Positions 20,000-20,000 of a stretch of DNA of 20,000 nucleotides are shown one piece after another. Under the pieces are notes generated by a model that ran no database searches, was not told where the DNA came from, and worked only from the letters and a program-made list of their open reading frames with translations. Made by a program: the position numbers and the translations under genes. This DNA is from Rhizaria sp. SCN 62-66 (lineage: Eukaryota). Location of the stretch: the NCBI GenBank assembly GCA_001724265.1, contig MEDY01000320.1:44075-64074 (forward strand), in the 5' to 3' direction. Numbering within the stretch: position 1 is the first letter of the stretch; each line of letters opens with the position of its first letter.

Positions 20000-20000
20000 G
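11772..20000 (-). CDS. ATG13: Giant polyQ-rich protein with ATG13-type HORMA domain (5'-partial, >2740 aa)
   Basis: The frame stays open from 20000 (Q37-GASPPLRPQG...) to the TAA at 11772-11774, so the TTG at 19793 is not the start. Ordered motifs match the recalled Atg13 HORMA consensus: LVSDLAATAMVKVAMMLAHAR (about 17175-17240; K..xiI.qsR), RGFDFVLPNVPWLR (about 16675-16716; kWFnl.l), WSVDITITL (about 16407-16433), VPVERWTLSL (about 16062-16091; LErW), AKAMAVFVRALHVQLRQSPVYAL (about 15521-15590; YKk..l.RsL...R..Pay.l) and LPPVHMGAAGTLSLSCVALR (about 15321-15380; pv.t..G.l.vsv.YR). Confidence 0.7.
13332..13421 (-). repeat. 9-bp tandem repeat x10 encoding (AAE)10
   Basis: Plus-strand unit YTCRGCGGC repeated 10 times; the variation falls only at synonymous positions. 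Confidence 0.95.
17284..17325 (-). repeat. Hexanucleotide repeat (GCGGGC)n encoding (PA)n
   Basis: Four perfect copies, two variant copies, then one more perfect copy, lying just N-terminal to the HORMA domain. Confidence 0.85.
17780..19560 (-). repeat. Cluster of mixed CAA/CAG polyQ tracts (Q/P/G-rich region)
   Basis: More than a dozen (TGY)n runs on the plus strand, all in the Gln frame of the 11772-20000 ORF. A further tract lies at about 14682-14760. Confidence 0.95.
19177..19209 (-). repeat. Hexanucleotide repeat (TGGCCC)5 encoding (QG)n
   Basis: Five perfect copies read directly from the sequence. Confidence 0.9.
19890..20000 (-). repeat. Coding CAA/CAG microsatellite (polyQ, at least 37 Q), running off the window
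   Basis: 37 consecutive in-frame Gln codons. 19914-20000 is a pure (TTG)29 on the plus strand, i.e. (CAA)29. Confidence 0.97.

Noticed and set aside
19914-20000. (TTG)n as a possible telomeric repeat
   Set aside because: It is in frame with Gln codons, continuous with mixed CAG/CAA codons, and matches the gene's other polyQ tracts.
1-20000. Alternative genetic code or kinetoplastid-type polycistronic organisation
   Set aside because: TAA and TGA terminate genes at the GC-to-AT transitions, Gln runs use only CAA/CAG, and genes alternate strands.

Overview
Eukaryotic, gene-dense, apparently intron-free genomic DNA. Coding regions are very GC-rich and separated by short AT-rich spacers of about 330-480 bp. 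This points to a microbial eukaryote, but the lineage cannot be determined from the window. Four genes alternate in orientation (+,-,+,-). (1) A 5'-truncated NADH-cytochrome b5 reductase of the MCR1 type. (2) A 1911-aa membrane protein carrying all four CxxC motifs of the Ima1/Samp1/TMEM201 inner-nuclear-membrane zinc-finger domain. (3) A 1315-aa PELP1/Rix1 (rixosome scaffold) homologue, head-to-head with gene 2. (4) A giant (>2740 aa, runs off the window) polyQ-rich protein containing a fragmented ATG13-type HORMA domain. The most striking pattern is that the conserved folds of genes 2-4 are split by very large in-frame low-complexity insertions, while the reductase is compact and free of them. 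Assignments for genes 2-4 come from motif-by-motif comparison by eye with family consensus recalled from memory; no HMM or BLAST search was run. I see no RNA genes, CRISPR arrays, mobile elements or clear multi-gene novel system. Any novelty lies in protein architecture.
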